Below, one piece after another: positions 45,946 to 56,269 of a stretch of DNA of 60,036 nt; the first letter of the stretch is position 1; each line of letters begins with the position of its first letter. Location of the stretch: the IMG/VR virus record IMGVR_UViG_3300033407_000012, positions 1 through 60,036 of that record. One strand, written 5' to 3'. Both the position numbers and the translations under genes were made by a program. The notes beneath the pieces were generated by a model. That model was not told the origin of the DNA, did no database searches, and saw nothing but the letters and a program-made list of their open reading frames with translations. The DNA is from a virus (taxonomy: Duplodnaviria; Caudoviricetes).

Positions 45946-47129
45946 GCTTCACCCCCTGTGGATGGGCCTTTAAAGCTTATTTCGTTAAGACAAGGTAGAA
46001 CATCGCAATTAGGGATTAGTGAGTTGCAATCATTAACGCGGGTGTTGTCGTCTTGCGGTTCCCAGTAAACGTCGTATGCGCTCTGTGCGCCCACAATGTC
46101 AGCTATGGCCAGTGTTACTTGGCGTTCCTTGACCTCCTGAGAAGGGCAGATTGTTTTAAACAGATCAGTTACAGCAACACGAACTGCGTTTATTTGATCC
46201 GTTGTCCAGCAATCTGTGACGTCTATCACTACGTTAACTTTTCCGGCTGCGAGAGCGTGAACAGTTCCACAAATCCCAACAGGTGCTTGACCTAGTCCGC
46301 GACCTTTAGGGTAGCCGAACATCCACTCGTCAATCTCAACGATTACGTTATCCGGCGCTATTCCACAATCAAACGTGTCGTCAAAGATCGCGTAGAAACC
46401 GTTAGAGCTGTTAGCATTGCAGTCTGCGCAGGTGCAGCAATCACCTACCTCACAACACTCGCCACCACGCTCGCAAACCCGAGTAACACACGGCCACTCC
46501 AGGATCTTCTCCTTAAGCCATTCCGTATCCGGTCTAGGTTTGAATTTTCTCCGTGCTATATACCTTTCACGGAAAGGTTCACACTGCTCAGCCTCTTGAC
46601 CACCGCAAAAAGTTCCACCAGCGAAAGTAACAGTAGAATCCAGTGTGCCAGGATTAGTTACAAGGGTTCCTGTAGTTACCGGGGATCCTGTTGCTGCAAG
46701 TGGTCCAGGAATAATTGATTTAACACGAAGAGTTATGCACCCGCTGGCTGGCATAAGGGACGGGACGTCACCTGCTGTAATAAAATTACCCCTAGCTGAT
46801 GATATCTCAAGACTTGAAGGAAGGGCTGAGCCTGCTTGACCCGTCACCACAACATAGGCTTGTGCGAAAGTTGCAGGTCGGGGGTACACTCCGTTATCTG
46901 CCGCCATCTTAATCAGGTTTTCGCAGCAAGCGTCTTCGGGAAATAGCTCTTTATACTGCTGGTCAGCTATTGCGTAAAACTCCTCGGTCATGGCATAGTC
47001 ATTGGCCACGACATACCACTCATTGGATTCCGGAATTACAGGAGCACCGCCTAGAACAGAATTAGAGAACATATCGCGAATGCGATTAAACAGTGTCTGC
47101 GGTGCTGGTCGTTGAATCTCACATGCCAT
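45936..47129 (-). CDS. Baseplate J-like wedge (Mu gp47-like)
   Basis: AT.A...V...G..G...P; GG...E......R. Confidence 0.85.
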   Translation of the reverse strand: MACEIQRPAPQTLFNRIRDMFSNSVLGGAPVIPESNEWYVVANDYAMTEEFYAIADQQYKELFPEDACCENLIKMAADNGVYPRPATFAQAYVVVTGQAGSALPSSLEISSARGNFITAGDVPSLMPASGCITLRVKSIIPGPLAATGSPVTTGTLVTNPGTLDSTVTFAGGTFCGGQEAEQCEPFRERYIARRKFKPRPDTEWLKEKILEWPCVTRVCERGGECCEVGDCCTCADCNANSSNGFYAIFDDTFDCGIAPDNVIVEIDEWMFGYPKGRGLGQAPVGICGTVHALAAGKVNVVIDVTDCWTTDQINAVRVAVTDLFKTICPSQEVKERQVTLAIADIVGAQSAYDVYWEPQDDNTRVNDCNSLIPNCDVLPCLNEISFKGPSTGGEACL

Positions 47130-47183
47130 TAGGACCGTACCGCTTGGTTGCCACAGGGGAGGTTGCTGGGTTGGTGGGTGACA

Positions 47184-47717
47184 TTATGGGTCAAAACCGC
47201 CGTCTACTGGTGCTCCAAGATTAAGGAACGGAGCATGTGGTGCTTCGATATTATTGCCGACGATTGTCCCGGTTACTGTAAGATTTCCGCGGACTATGAC
47301 ATTACCGCTGGTAACCTCAAGGTCCCCGTTCTCGCCAACGGCGAACTCAGCTTTTGTAATATGCGCCCTTTTGTCGTTGAACTCAAGAGCAAAATCAGGG
47401 TCTGTTGGGTGCTGGATGCCGCCTGTTCCTTCACCCCACTTTCGCTGCTTGTCTCGTGGAATTGTAAGAATAGCAAACTTCAGGTTAGTATCAGACCCGC
47501 TGGACAGCAGGATTACTTCGGTGTTTGAGTTTGTTGGCAGGTTAAAACCAAGGCCACCTATATTCAGCACAGCAGCTTCTTCGTCTTCAGAGTCTGTTCC
47601 CCGAACCCGAATTACGGAACCAGCCCCATCTAGGTATTCCTGTTTGCCCCAAACGTGACGCTCAATTATGTCTTGAACATCGCGTGTTCTTTCACGATAA
47701 CGCTGGAAATCGGTCAT
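47184..47717 (-). CDS. Baseplate central spike (Mu gp45-like)
   Basis: GF..P...E; beta-helix GNLTVTG; position after the hub. Confidence 0.75.
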   Translation of the reverse strand: MTDFQRYRERTRDVQDIIERHVWGKQEYLDGAGSVIRVRGTDSEDEEAAVLNIGGLGFNLPTNSNTEVILLSSGSDTNLKFAILTIPRDKQRKWGEGTGGIQHPTDPDFALEFNDKRAHITKAEFAVGENGDLEVTSGNVIVRGNLTVTGTIVGNNIEAPHAPFLNLGAPVDGGFDP

Positions 47718-47718
47718 A

Positions 47719-48993
47719 CTATAGCCCCTTAAGTCCTGCTAGTTTCTCAACCGCATCCAAACCGGCAAACGTTACCTGCTCAATAACGTTTATGGATGGA
47801 CTAGACCACGGTGCCGGGTATTTCCCTGCGGCAAACGTTACACCGGCTATTGCTTTGCGAGCGGATCCCATGGCTGGGTCAAGCCCGATTGTAGACAAAC
47901 CTGCGGCAAAACCGGCGGCTGCGGATGCGGGAAGTGGTGAGAGTGTTAGAGTGGTTTTAAGTGTTTTGTCGTTTTGAACAGTGTACGTAAGCGCAGTGCA
48001 TTCAAACACATCAAAAATACCTTCTGGGGGAATCTCTACGTAGTGCTCCGTGCCGATGTCCCATGGTGAACCGTCGCTTTGCTGCACGTGAAAGACTTCC
48101 ACGGTCACAGTTTTTGAGGCACTGGATCTTTTATTGGCTTCAAACCTTGCACGTCGTTCAAGAGCTTCAGGCGTCCCATCGCCGTAGTGCTGTACGATGA
48201 TCGGTATGAGAGATCCGACATCCGTGTCTTCAATTTCCTTGTAAGTTGTTACGGTGGCAGCTTCGCCCCAAACCTCTTTCTTAGTCCGCTGACCTTTGAC
48301 CTTAATTCGGGACTTAACCTGATCTTCATTTTGCTCAGCACTGAACGTGAGGATATTTTTGCCCAGGATCAATGCTTCACCGACAGTACCCCCCGTGCTA
48401 TCAGTGAACCGAAGTGACCCGTCTCGTGTTTCGTAAAGAAAATGTCCGTTCTCGGTAGCAACGCGATTAAGCTCGTCCACCACTCTAGCACCATCCCGGA
48501 ACCTGACTTTATCCAGTTTAATGGTGGCTGACATCCACTCCAATTTGATCTTCCATGGGCTGATAAGCCTTTCTACGGCCTCACGGTTTGTGGGCTGGAG
48601 CATATTTGTTGTGGGGTGTTGGTGTGAGGAATCTATAAGGTACTTAGTTTTCCCCCTACTCGTTATTTTAACCGTATAGGAGTCAGGTCCTATACTTACG
48701 GACCGGGAATTTATAACTGCTCCGGAGTGTTCTGCTGTTCCTTCACGACCACTTTTAGCACCCGTGCCTATTCGCTTGTCCACACTCCCGGTGAAAGCCA
48801 AATGACCGCCAATCTTAACCTGAAGCTCATTGCCCTTAGCAACGTCTATGAGGACGGGTTCAGTCGGTACGTATCCCATGAAAATTGATGCAGAAAAGCT
48901 GCCGGTCATAGCATCTTTTGTTCTTTTCAAGGTCATCTCAGTGTAGCCGAGGAGCTCACTTCCGCCGATGTAGATTTCAACTGGCTTGACCAT
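47719..48993 (-). CDS. Baseplate hub (Mu P/gp44-like)
   Basis: FTG.VD, GR/GK..LID.S, L.LG.NI, V.GQ, RA..EA..R. Confidence 0.85.
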   Translation of the reverse strand: MVKPVEIYIGGSELLGYTEMTLKRTKDAMTGSFSASIFMGYVPTEPVLIDVAKGNELQVKIGGHLAFTGSVDKRIGTGAKSGREGTAEHSGAVINSRSVSIGPDSYTVKITSRGKTKYLIDSSHQHPTTNMLQPTNREAVERLISPWKIKLEWMSATIKLDKVRFRDGARVVDELNRVATENGHFLYETRDGSLRFTDSTGGTVGEALILGKNILTFSAEQNEDQVKSRIKVKGQRTKKEVWGEAATVTTYKEIEDTDVGSLIPIIVQHYGDGTPEALERRARFEANKRSSASKTVTVEVFHVQQSDGSPWDIGTEHYVEIPPEGIFDVFECTALTYTVQNDKTLKTTLTLSPLPASAAAGFAAGLSTIGLDPAMGSARKAIAGVTFAAGKYPAPWSSPSINVIEQVTFAGLDAVEKLAGLKGL

Positions 48994-50174
48994 TACACGC
49001 TCGCAATAACGTCAGGGCCGACTTTGCCGACATAGGATAAAGTGTTGCTTTCTTCAAGCTCTCGGTGACGTTTAGCGTCGTTATAGATGGAGTAGGCCGC
49101 TGTCAGTGGGTGAACTGATCCGTGAAAATCAAAGGAACGTGTTGCTGGAAGGTTGTACGCCACGTTGTACAGATTGGTGCTGGTGTCATTGGCGTAAGTT
49201 CTCAGTTCCATGAAAAGGTGGTTTGAGCAATCTTCATACGCGATGGCTGCTTCATTCCTGAGCAGCGCTACAACACGGTCGAGGGCGTCAAAAGCCGCTG
49301 CATTCGTGGCGTATTTAGTGGACACGGCAGCTTGCGCCATTTGCATAGCGGCCATTACCCTGACATGCCGCACAACCGCGTTCTGCGCCTTTGCACCCGC
49401 CCCTGTCGCGGTAGCGGATATGGCTGCATTGTTGGCGATGCGGCGCATCACGTTATACCGATTCCGCGCTGTAAGCTGGTTGGCAACCGCATTAATACCT
49501 AGCCGAATGGTTTCCTCAACTGTAGATGTGTCATTGGCGGCAACCATGCTTTCTGCAACACTATCAAGGTCCGCAAATGCTCGCCACTTGCTGGCATCGG
49601 ACGTATTCCCGATAGCTGTTAGGTATTCATCTCGAATATTCGATATAATAGCTCTTGAGGTATCCCTAACCTGTGGCTTACGGTGTGTTGATACATCCGA
49701 CATCACATAATCTGCAGTGAACCTAGCAGTAGATGCGGCAACAAGTGCTGAGAAGGCCAACGTTACTAGCGTACTGCCAATGGAGAAGCCGTTAGGCCAT
49801 GAATTCCCCTCAACAAACTGAATATCTACGTAAGTAACGCCCTGCTCGTCCTCAACCTTGTCTATAACCTTGAGGGACACACAGGCAGCGCTGATAACCC
49901 CGCGTGTCGGATGAACAAGGATGCCAGGACCGGGCTGCTCACAGGCCAAAATAAGAGCAGCAGCCATAGCAATGTGGTTATTTTCCTGAAGTCTACCACT
50001 CAGGTTGTATCTTCGGATTTTTCTACCGAGATCAGCGTAACCAGTTGTTTCCCCGAACGGGAATTCACCCTCAGCACCGCGCCGACCATGTTCAGAATCC
50101 GCCTCAACAGCCTCAAAGGGGACACCGTTAAAGGATGCGGGCAGGTAAGCCGGTCTATAGCAACCTAAGGCCAT
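48993..50174 (-). CDS. Mu N-like (DNA circularisation/baseplate centrepiece) protein
   Basis: ASF.GVPF, GRR...E.P......DLG, G.G.LVHP..G. Confidence 0.9.
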   Translation of the reverse strand: MALGCYRPAYLPASFNGVPFEAVEADSEHGRRGAEGEFPFGETTGYADLGRKIRRYNLSGRLQENNHIAMAAALILACEQPGPGILVHPTRGVISAACVSLKVIDKVEDEQGVTYVDIQFVEGNSWPNGFSIGSTLVTLAFSALVAASTARFTADYVMSDVSTHRKPQVRDTSRAIISNIRDEYLTAIGNTSDASKWRAFADLDSVAESMVAANDTSTVEETIRLGINAVANQLTARNRYNVMRRIANNAAISATATGAGAKAQNAVVRHVRVMAAMQMAQAAVSTKYATNAAAFDALDRVVALLRNEAAIAYEDCSNHLFMELRTYANDTSTNLYNVAYNLPATRSFDFHGSVHPLTAAYSIYNDAKRHRELEESNTLSYVGKVGPDVIASV

Positions 50175-50411
50175 TTTACGCTCCTAAATGAGTGGGCCGA
50201 GAAGAAACAGGGCAGAAACTTCCCGGCCCCGAATGCCGCTCATGGAGTTAAACGACATTCTGTGTTAGTTTTTGTCCGGCAAGCTTAATTTGCCACTCCT
50301 GCCAGTTCTTGTGTACTCCATTGAACCGGTGGAGCTTGTGCAGTGCTTTTTTAATCGAATAGCTATCCATGCAGATTCCAGTGTGGTACTCATACACGGC
50401 CACTGCTTTTG

Positions 50412-51044
50412 CTATTCGGTCTCCTCCCCCAAGATACGGGAAACAACATCATTAGCCACTGCAAGACCATCCCGAATACCTATGCGCGCAATAGCGGCGC
50501 TTGGCAAGGTCAGCAGAGTTACCCCCTCCCCGATGGGTTTGGCTTTTTTAAGCACCTCAAGAGCTTGCAACATTTTGTTGTCCATAACAAAAAGATCTTC
50601 AAGTGCTGACATCGTTTCAAGCTGAATCTCAAGCTCAGTTACGGACTTGTCGGCGGAGAGCTTAATCGGGGAGGACAACTGGAAAAGAATGGCAGTGTGA
50701 ATGCCGTCGCCTTCCGAAATAATTTTGCCAGCCTCGCCCGCGCTCTGCTCGTCCATCTTGGCCATCAGGGAACGGAGCTTGATAGCATAAACCCCCGGAA
50801 TAGCACCGTAGGACTGGTCAGTGAACGTGTGCTGCTTGCCATCCTTCCCTGTGGCAACCACCTGTTTTTTGATCCGCTCACGCCAAATGTTTCGAGAAAC
50901 ATCATGCTGTGTTTTAGCGCTCTCTTGGGCAGACACTGTAGCCGCAACAAAAGTCTCAAAGGAAATAGGCTTCATCTCAAGTGCGGAAATCTCCACACCG
51001 TTAATATGAAGCGCTGGACTTTTGATTTCAATCTTATCTGACAT
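50412..51044 (-). CDS. Probable tail assembly chaperone
   Basis: Ends at a GGGGGAG slippery site with a -1 frame open to 50248. Confidence 0.6.
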   Translation of the reverse strand: MSDKIEIKSPALHINGVEISALEMKPISFETFVAATVSAQESAKTQHDVSRNIWRERIKKQVVATGKDGKQHTFTDQSYGAIPGVYAIKLRSLMAKMDEQSAGEAGKIISEGDGIHTAILFQLSSPIKLSADKSVTELEIQLETMSALEDLFVMDNKMLQALEVLKKAKPIGEGVTLLTLPSAAIARIGIRDGLAVANDVVSRILGEETE

Positions 51045-51059
51045 TTCGGTTCTCCATGA

Positions 51060-53942
51060 TTATTGTGCCGTAGTGGTTGCGCCCGTATCTGGCGACGGCG
51101 TACCAGAAAAGGAATTGACTGTTACCCTGACGTTTGCTACAGCAGCCGAGAAAACAGACGCGGCTGAATCCCCTATTGATGTCCCTATAGCCGCTGCTCT
51201 TTCTAACAGGCTATCTGCTGCTGCGTCACCTGCCTTTGCCCCGCCAGCTTCAATATCCAATGTGGCTTGAACAGCAGCTTGACCGATAGATTGTTTAGGA
51301 TCAAATATATCTGTTGGCAAGCTACTTTGACCAGCAAGTTGATCCACTACAGCCTTGGTTGCCGCTGCGAGTTGAAGACCGTCTAGTGGTCGTGGAACTG
51401 GGATTGGTACGACAGTTCGCTGCAAATTAGTTACCACATCGGAAATAAAGTTTTCGCTGGCAACTGAGAAAGCTAACGGTGCTCTCACGTTGTTAATCCC
51501 GCGAGCTAGGTCATTAAGAGCCCTGTTGGCATTATTAGACCCGTCCCGAATTTTAAGCAACGATTTTTTAGTTTCTTCAGGCGGAAGCGCTACCACAGAG
51601 GAAGGCCTTGCCACAGGGATTGGGCCGATGGTGGGCATGCGGCTAGAGATTGATCCAGTACCGCCGCCACTACCACGACCGCGCCAACGGCTAGCGGGAG
51701 CGCCTGAGGGTAGGTTTAAGCCAAGAGCTCTTTCTGTTCCTCTAGCTAAATCATTAAGGCCGTCAACAGTCCCATCAGCAAGGAACTTCGTTGCCTTCCT
51801 TATCATGCCGAGGCTTCGGCCAAAACTATTGAAAGACCACCGAGCAGAGTTTCCTATAGCGTCGCCAAGACCGTCAGTTAGTTTCCTAAAAGAGCTATCA
51901 ATTGACGGCCTGATAAGGTCAAGTGTGCTGTTAAGGAGATCAGGACCAAAAGCAAAACCAACTGCGCCGAGGATTACAGAACCTATTCCAGAGCCGAGTG
52001 GACCAAAGAACGACCCAGCAGCCGCACCTATTTTAGCACCGAGAAGACCCCCGCCAAGTGAACCAACCAACCCGAAAGCAGCATCCTTTGCAGCAGTAGC
52101 ACCGCCTTTAACATCGCTCATTTCTGACGAGAATTGATAAAGTGCGGCACCTACAAGACCAATACCAGCAAGCTTACCAAGATTTCTTGTTAGGCCGGAG
52201 CCAGCACGGCCCCCGCGATTAGCACGACCACTCCCATTCATTCCGCCAGAAACACCAGCAGCACCCTGAAGAGCCATGGCGGCAGCAGACAACTGTGTTG
52301 CAGCAATTGACAAACGAGGACCGGCAGTAGCCCAGCCGAGAAGCATCTTGCCGCCAAAGTATGCGCCAGCTCCCAAAGCAGCGGCACCGCCTGCCTGAGT
52401 TATCCCAAGCAAAACGGGATCGTTGGCTATTTTGTTTACGGCGTCGGCCAGGAATAAGGGGACCCCGGCCAAAGCTTTAGCTAGCGGATCAACACCGACA
52501 GCTATTAAGTTAAGCATTTGTGTGCCAAGCAAGTCCAGAGACCGGCCAAAGTTACCAGCAGCCAGTTCTCGTTCTTGATTGAAATTCAAACTGCTAGAAC
52601 GCCTAACGTTTTGCTCCATTTGATCAGCTTTTGTCACAAGCTGAGCAGCAGTTCGCATATCATTCTTAGTGAGGCCTAGTTTAGCTAGTTCTTTAGAAAC
52701 TGCCAAACCGTATTGAGCTGGGTCGTTGTCCTTCATCAACTGAAGAGCTTCAGCAGAAAGATTGTTGGCCTTTTTAATACCGGCGTCAACTAGTGGCACA
52801 AGATTTTCACGTGCCCAAGCTGCCGGGTCTGTTCTAATGTCATTTTCGCCTTGAAGAACAATGCCCTTTGAGTCCCTAAGACCGGCTCGTGTCAGTGAAG
52901 CAATTGTTTTCTTGTTAACACCGCTAGTGCCTGTCAGAACCTGAGAGAGTCTAGCTAAGCCACTACCAGACACCCTGCCTAGTTCGTCTGTCATTTCAGC
53001 TAGGGCTAGAAAACCTTCCTTATTCAGTGTAGCCGATAAACCTGAAATTCTAACAGCGGACAGATAACTTTTTACGTCAAAGTCTGGACCACCGCGAATT
53101 TTCGCAGCAGTGACAGCCTCTAAAATATCTTTACCACGCTGGGCGTTTTCTAGACCACCACCAAGGTCAGTGATTTTAACCGCACTTTCCATTACCCGGG
53201 AAGCAGTTGCAGGATCAAATGCAATAGCCAAAGATGATTCTGATCGAGCAGCTACAGCAGCTAGCTTACGTAGAATCTCACCGTTTGCACCAGCAGTAGC
53301 AAGATTCCTGGCCACTGCGAAACTACTGGCCTTAGTTACGGAAAGCAGGCCCCGTGTAGCGCCTTCAGCGGCAGATTCAATCTCTTTAAGTTTGTCCCCT
53401 GTAAATCCTGCTTGCGCGGAAGCAGACCTTTGATTCTGCAGGTCACCTATAGCACCAAACCCGGCACCTATTCCCCTGCGAAGGCCAAAATAGGCCTCAT
53501 AAGCCAGAAAGGGCCTGCCAGCTCCAAAACTAGAACCGAATCTGCCTGTTTTCGGATTTTGACCTTGACCGCCCCTGCCACCTCCGACTCCGCCGGGACC
53601 TCCGCCCATTGCACCACCGCCACCAAGATTAGCATTGGGCATGTTGCGTAGAGTATTTTGCAGACGAGTAGCTCGTCTTTGTGCGGTAGTGATTTGGGAA
53701 GAATTTACCTTGACCACAGTGCTGCGGGAATTTATCCCGCGCAACGATGCAGACAGTTTGGTGGCGGAAGTATGGGCTCTTGTAAGATCGCCAGCGTTAA
53801 CCCGCAAACGGACAGTGCCACCGGCACTCTTGAGCCTTTTCGTGGTAGCAAGAAGCTTCGCCAAGGACCGATTGATCTTATTGACGTTAGCGGACGATCT
53901 GTCCTTCAGTATTAGGGTAGCTTGCTCTGTAAAGGACGCCAA
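51060..53942 (-). CDS. Tape measure protein
   Basis: 960 aa, A/G-rich; L.L.D..S N-terminus; hydrophobic Gly-zipper segments. Confidence 0.88.
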   Translation of the reverse strand: MASFTEQATLILKDRSSANVNKINRSLAKLLATTKRLKSAGGTVRLRVNAGDLTRAHTSATKLSASLRGINSRSTVVKVNSSQITTAQRRATRLQNTLRNMPNANLGGGGAMGGGPGGVGGGRGGQGQNPKTGRFGSSFGAGRPFLAYEAYFGLRRGIGAGFGAIGDLQNQRSASAQAGFTGDKLKEIESAAEGATRGLLSVTKASSFAVARNLATAGANGEILRKLAAVAARSESSLAIAFDPATASRVMESAVKITDLGGGLENAQRGKDILEAVTAAKIRGGPDFDVKSYLSAVRISGLSATLNKEGFLALAEMTDELGRVSGSGLARLSQVLTGTSGVNKKTIASLTRAGLRDSKGIVLQGENDIRTDPAAWARENLVPLVDAGIKKANNLSAEALQLMKDNDPAQYGLAVSKELAKLGLTKNDMRTAAQLVTKADQMEQNVRRSSSLNFNQERELAAGNFGRSLDLLGTQMLNLIAVGVDPLAKALAGVPLFLADAVNKIANDPVLLGITQAGGAAALGAGAYFGGKMLLGWATAGPRLSIAATQLSAAAMALQGAAGVSGGMNGSGRANRGGRAGSGLTRNLGKLAGIGLVGAALYQFSSEMSDVKGGATAAKDAAFGLVGSLGGGLLGAKIGAAAGSFFGPLGSGIGSVILGAVGFAFGPDLLNSTLDLIRPSIDSSFRKLTDGLGDAIGNSARWSFNSFGRSLGMIRKATKFLADGTVDGLNDLARGTERALGLNLPSGAPASRWRGRGSGGGTGSISSRMPTIGPIPVARPSSVVALPPEETKKSLLKIRDGSNNANRALNDLARGINNVRAPLAFSVASENFISDVVTNLQRTVVPIPVPRPLDGLQLAAATKAVVDQLAGQSSLPTDIFDPKQSIGQAAVQATLDIEAGGAKAGDAAADSLLERAAAIGTSIGDSAASVFSAAVANVRVTVNSFSGTPSPDTGATTTAQ

Positions 53943-53962
53943 GTGTCATAACCCTGTTAATG

Positions 53963-53991
53963 AAAAGGGAGCCGCGAAATCCGAGGCTCCC
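53963..53991 (-). terminator. Intrinsic terminator after the tube gene
   Basis: GGGAGCC/GGCTCCC stem followed by TTTT on the minus strand. Confidence 0.7.
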
Positions 53992-54017
53992 CAAATCAGT
54001 GTTGCCACAGGGTGAGG

Positions 54018-54440
54018 TTACGCCGCCACGGCCTGAGTGTCAAGCGGTCCGTCAGGCAGGAGTTCATCAATCTCCTGGAATGTCAGGGTCAGCATGACTT
54101 GGTGGCTGTCCGAGAGTTCTTCGCCGGTGCCAGTGCCATTGTTCGCGGAGTAGACCAGACCATTGAAGTGCTCGATCTGAATATCCACTGAGGCACACCC
54201 CTGATACAGGTGAAGCGGGATCCGAAGATCTCGAATGACAGTGAGGTCGATCTGCTTGTTGGTCACTGAGCGTCGAACAAAGCCGCCGGGGAGCGGTTGA
54301 TTGTTGAATCCGCACAGGCGATACGTCGGCAGATCTTCAGTGGCGAGTTCATGGGAGATAGGCCCATATCGCTCGTCTGTTTCGCAGTCCAGGAACGTGA
54401 TGATAATGTTTTTCACGCCTACTTGATTTTCGCATGGCAT
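54018..54440 (-). CDS. Tail tube protein
   Basis: 140 aa directly after the sheath gene. Confidence 0.8.
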   Translation of the reverse strand: MPCENQVGVKNIIITFLDCETDERYGPISHELATEDLPTYRLCGFNNQPLPGGFVRRSVTNKQIDLTVIRDLRIPLHLYQGCASVDIQIEHFNGLVYSANNGTGTGEELSDSHQVMLTLTFQEIDELLPDGPLDTQAVAA

Positions 54441-54498
54441 TTGAAAAGTCCTTCCTTACTTCAAATCTTGAACAGCCAAGAAACCGTAGAACCTTCGG

Positions 54499-56010
54499 TT
54501 AGCAGTTGCTCAGGAGACGCGGTTGCATGTTAACTTCCACTTCACCGACACGAACCGGTGGGCTGTAAACCAGATTCAGGTACAGTTTGCCGGGTTTGCC
54601 CTGACACGATGGAGCAACCTGAAAATCAGTAAGCAGGGTGATATCCTTGTCAATGTTGTCGAACTCACTGAACAGAACGCCCACGTTGTCTTTAGCCCAG
54701 GAACGTGTCTTGCCCAGCATAAGACGGGGATTCGTGCCCCTCACGCCGGGCTTGATGTCCGTATTCTTGGTGAACAGTCCGAGGGCATTAAACTGCTGAA
54801 GGAACTTGGCAAGCTCATCTGCTGTTTTGGCCGCAAGACGACGGGAATTGACGTCCTTAAACGTTGCGTTAGGACGACCTTCCTCGTCGAACAAGAAGTT
54901 CGTAACGTCGTTTGCGATTTGCGGCGAAGTCAGAGCACCAGAACCACCCATAAGCGGAACAGTGACCACAAATCCGGCATCCTTCAGCTGGACCTGCTCA
55001 TCGTAGCTGAAGCACTGAGTGCAAGATTCCGGATGACTAAGACACGTCAGGACACCGAAAGTAGGCCCTTGAACGGACAGTTCGGGGTTATCGACGGTAG
55101 CGCAACAGGAAATCGATGCGTAGGCCGCGACTTTCAGCCAACCCAAGATCGGGTCTGAGGTGCATTGGGCCATCCGGGATACTTCTGCCGAATTGGTGCC
55201 GGTAGCCAGGATTGTGCCGAGACTGCCTGTGTTGTAAGTGTACCCGTGTCCAAAGCACTGCGGCTTCAGGCAGGACCAAGCCTCTGCAATGTAGGCAATC
55301 ATGCCGTCTTGCCACGTGACATCATCGTACAGCATGGCAATGCAGCAATAGCAGCATTCACCCAAAACCGTTTCGTAATCCAGCGGCTCAGGATTTCCCG
55401 AACCCACAACAGAGGAAGCAAATTCAACAGTCACACCAGCCGGTGCATAGTTGGACCGGTCGTGCCAGTTGTACTGGAATGAAAGATTGTTGTTGACCGT
55501 ACCAGCGTTGCGAGCAACAAGCGTAATCACGCCAGCAAGGTTTGTCATGGTGAAAGGAAAACCGTCCGGAGCAGCCGCCACGATAGCGTCACCGATCAGG
55601 GTAGGTGTCAGGCCGGAAGCAATGAAGATTGAAATGTTCCAATCACCTTCACCCCAATAAAGATCGATTCTGCCTGACGAAGTGGCGTTGCCGGTGATTG
55701 TGATCTCGTACTCAGCCGCTACAGCCCCGTCAGCGTCCAGTCGGGGGAGAGCGTAAACATCCACCGCGTTATTGCCGCAGCACGAGAAAATTTCTTTCAG
55801 ACCTTCTGCGAGGACTGACCCTTCGCCGAAACGGCAATCAACATCGCGGACGGATGTTACCTTGGTCAGGACATCGGGAACAGTGTCGCAATCTTCTTCA
55901 GGGTCGTAATACTGGCCCTCTACAAGCAGGCGGCATTTCCCTGCGAAAGTGTTAAGCGACGGGTCGAAGCACATGCGCACAAAGCCGTCACGGAGAGAGT
56001 CGATGGGCAT
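54499..56010 (-). CDS. Contractile tail sheath protein
   Basis: 503 aa; FG.GS.L; A...IT..G.AT..G; ITL.A.N.G...N; Mu L-like. Confidence 0.9.
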   Translation of the reverse strand: MPIDSLRDGFVRMCFDPSLNTFAGKCRLLVEGQYYDPEEDCDTVPDVLTKVTSVRDVDCRFGEGSVLAEGLKEIFSCCGNNAVDVYALPRLDADGAVAAEYEITITGNATSSGRIDLYWGEGDWNISIFIASGLTPTLIGDAIVAAAPDGFPFTMTNLAGVITLVARNAGTVNNNLSFQYNWHDRSNYAPAGVTVEFASSVVGSGNPEPLDYETVLGECCYCCIAMLYDDVTWQDGMIAYIAEAWSCLKPQCFGHGYTYNTGSLGTILATGTNSAEVSRMAQCTSDPILGWLKVAAYASISCCATVDNPELSVQGPTFGVLTCLSHPESCTQCFSYDEQVQLKDAGFVVTVPLMGGSGALTSPQIANDVTNFLFDEEGRPNATFKDVNSRRLAAKTADELAKFLQQFNALGLFTKNTDIKPGVRGTNPRLMLGKTRSWAKDNVGVLFSEFDNIDKDITLLTDFQVAPSCQGKPGKLYLNLVYSPPVRVGEVEVNMQPRLLSNC

Positions 56011-56047
56011 TGGGATCTCCTTTTAGATTCCAGTTAATTCAGAGCGA

Positions 56048-56269
56048 TTACTCAGCGCTCGGCTTTGCAGATTCTGAGGTCTTCGGCGAAGGAACTTCCG
56101 GTGCTTTCTTCGCCTTTGGTTTGCGCTCAATATCTTTGTGAACATTCAAAAGTCGGTCGATATAGCGAGTCCGCTGAACACCAACATAATGGTCCTCGGG
56201 GATGGCGGGTCCTGCCGGGGACTGGCGAGCAATACGACCGGGCTTTGTGCGAACATAAATCAAGGACAT
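56048..56269 (-). CDS. Small pre-sheath protein (DUF2635-like)
   Basis: IYV...PGR....P.G..IP.......Y..R....D. Confidence 0.65.
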   Translation of the reverse strand: MSLIYVRTKPGRIARQSPAGPAIPEDHYVGVQRTRYIDRLLNVHKDIERKPKAKKAPEVPSPKTSESAKPSAE

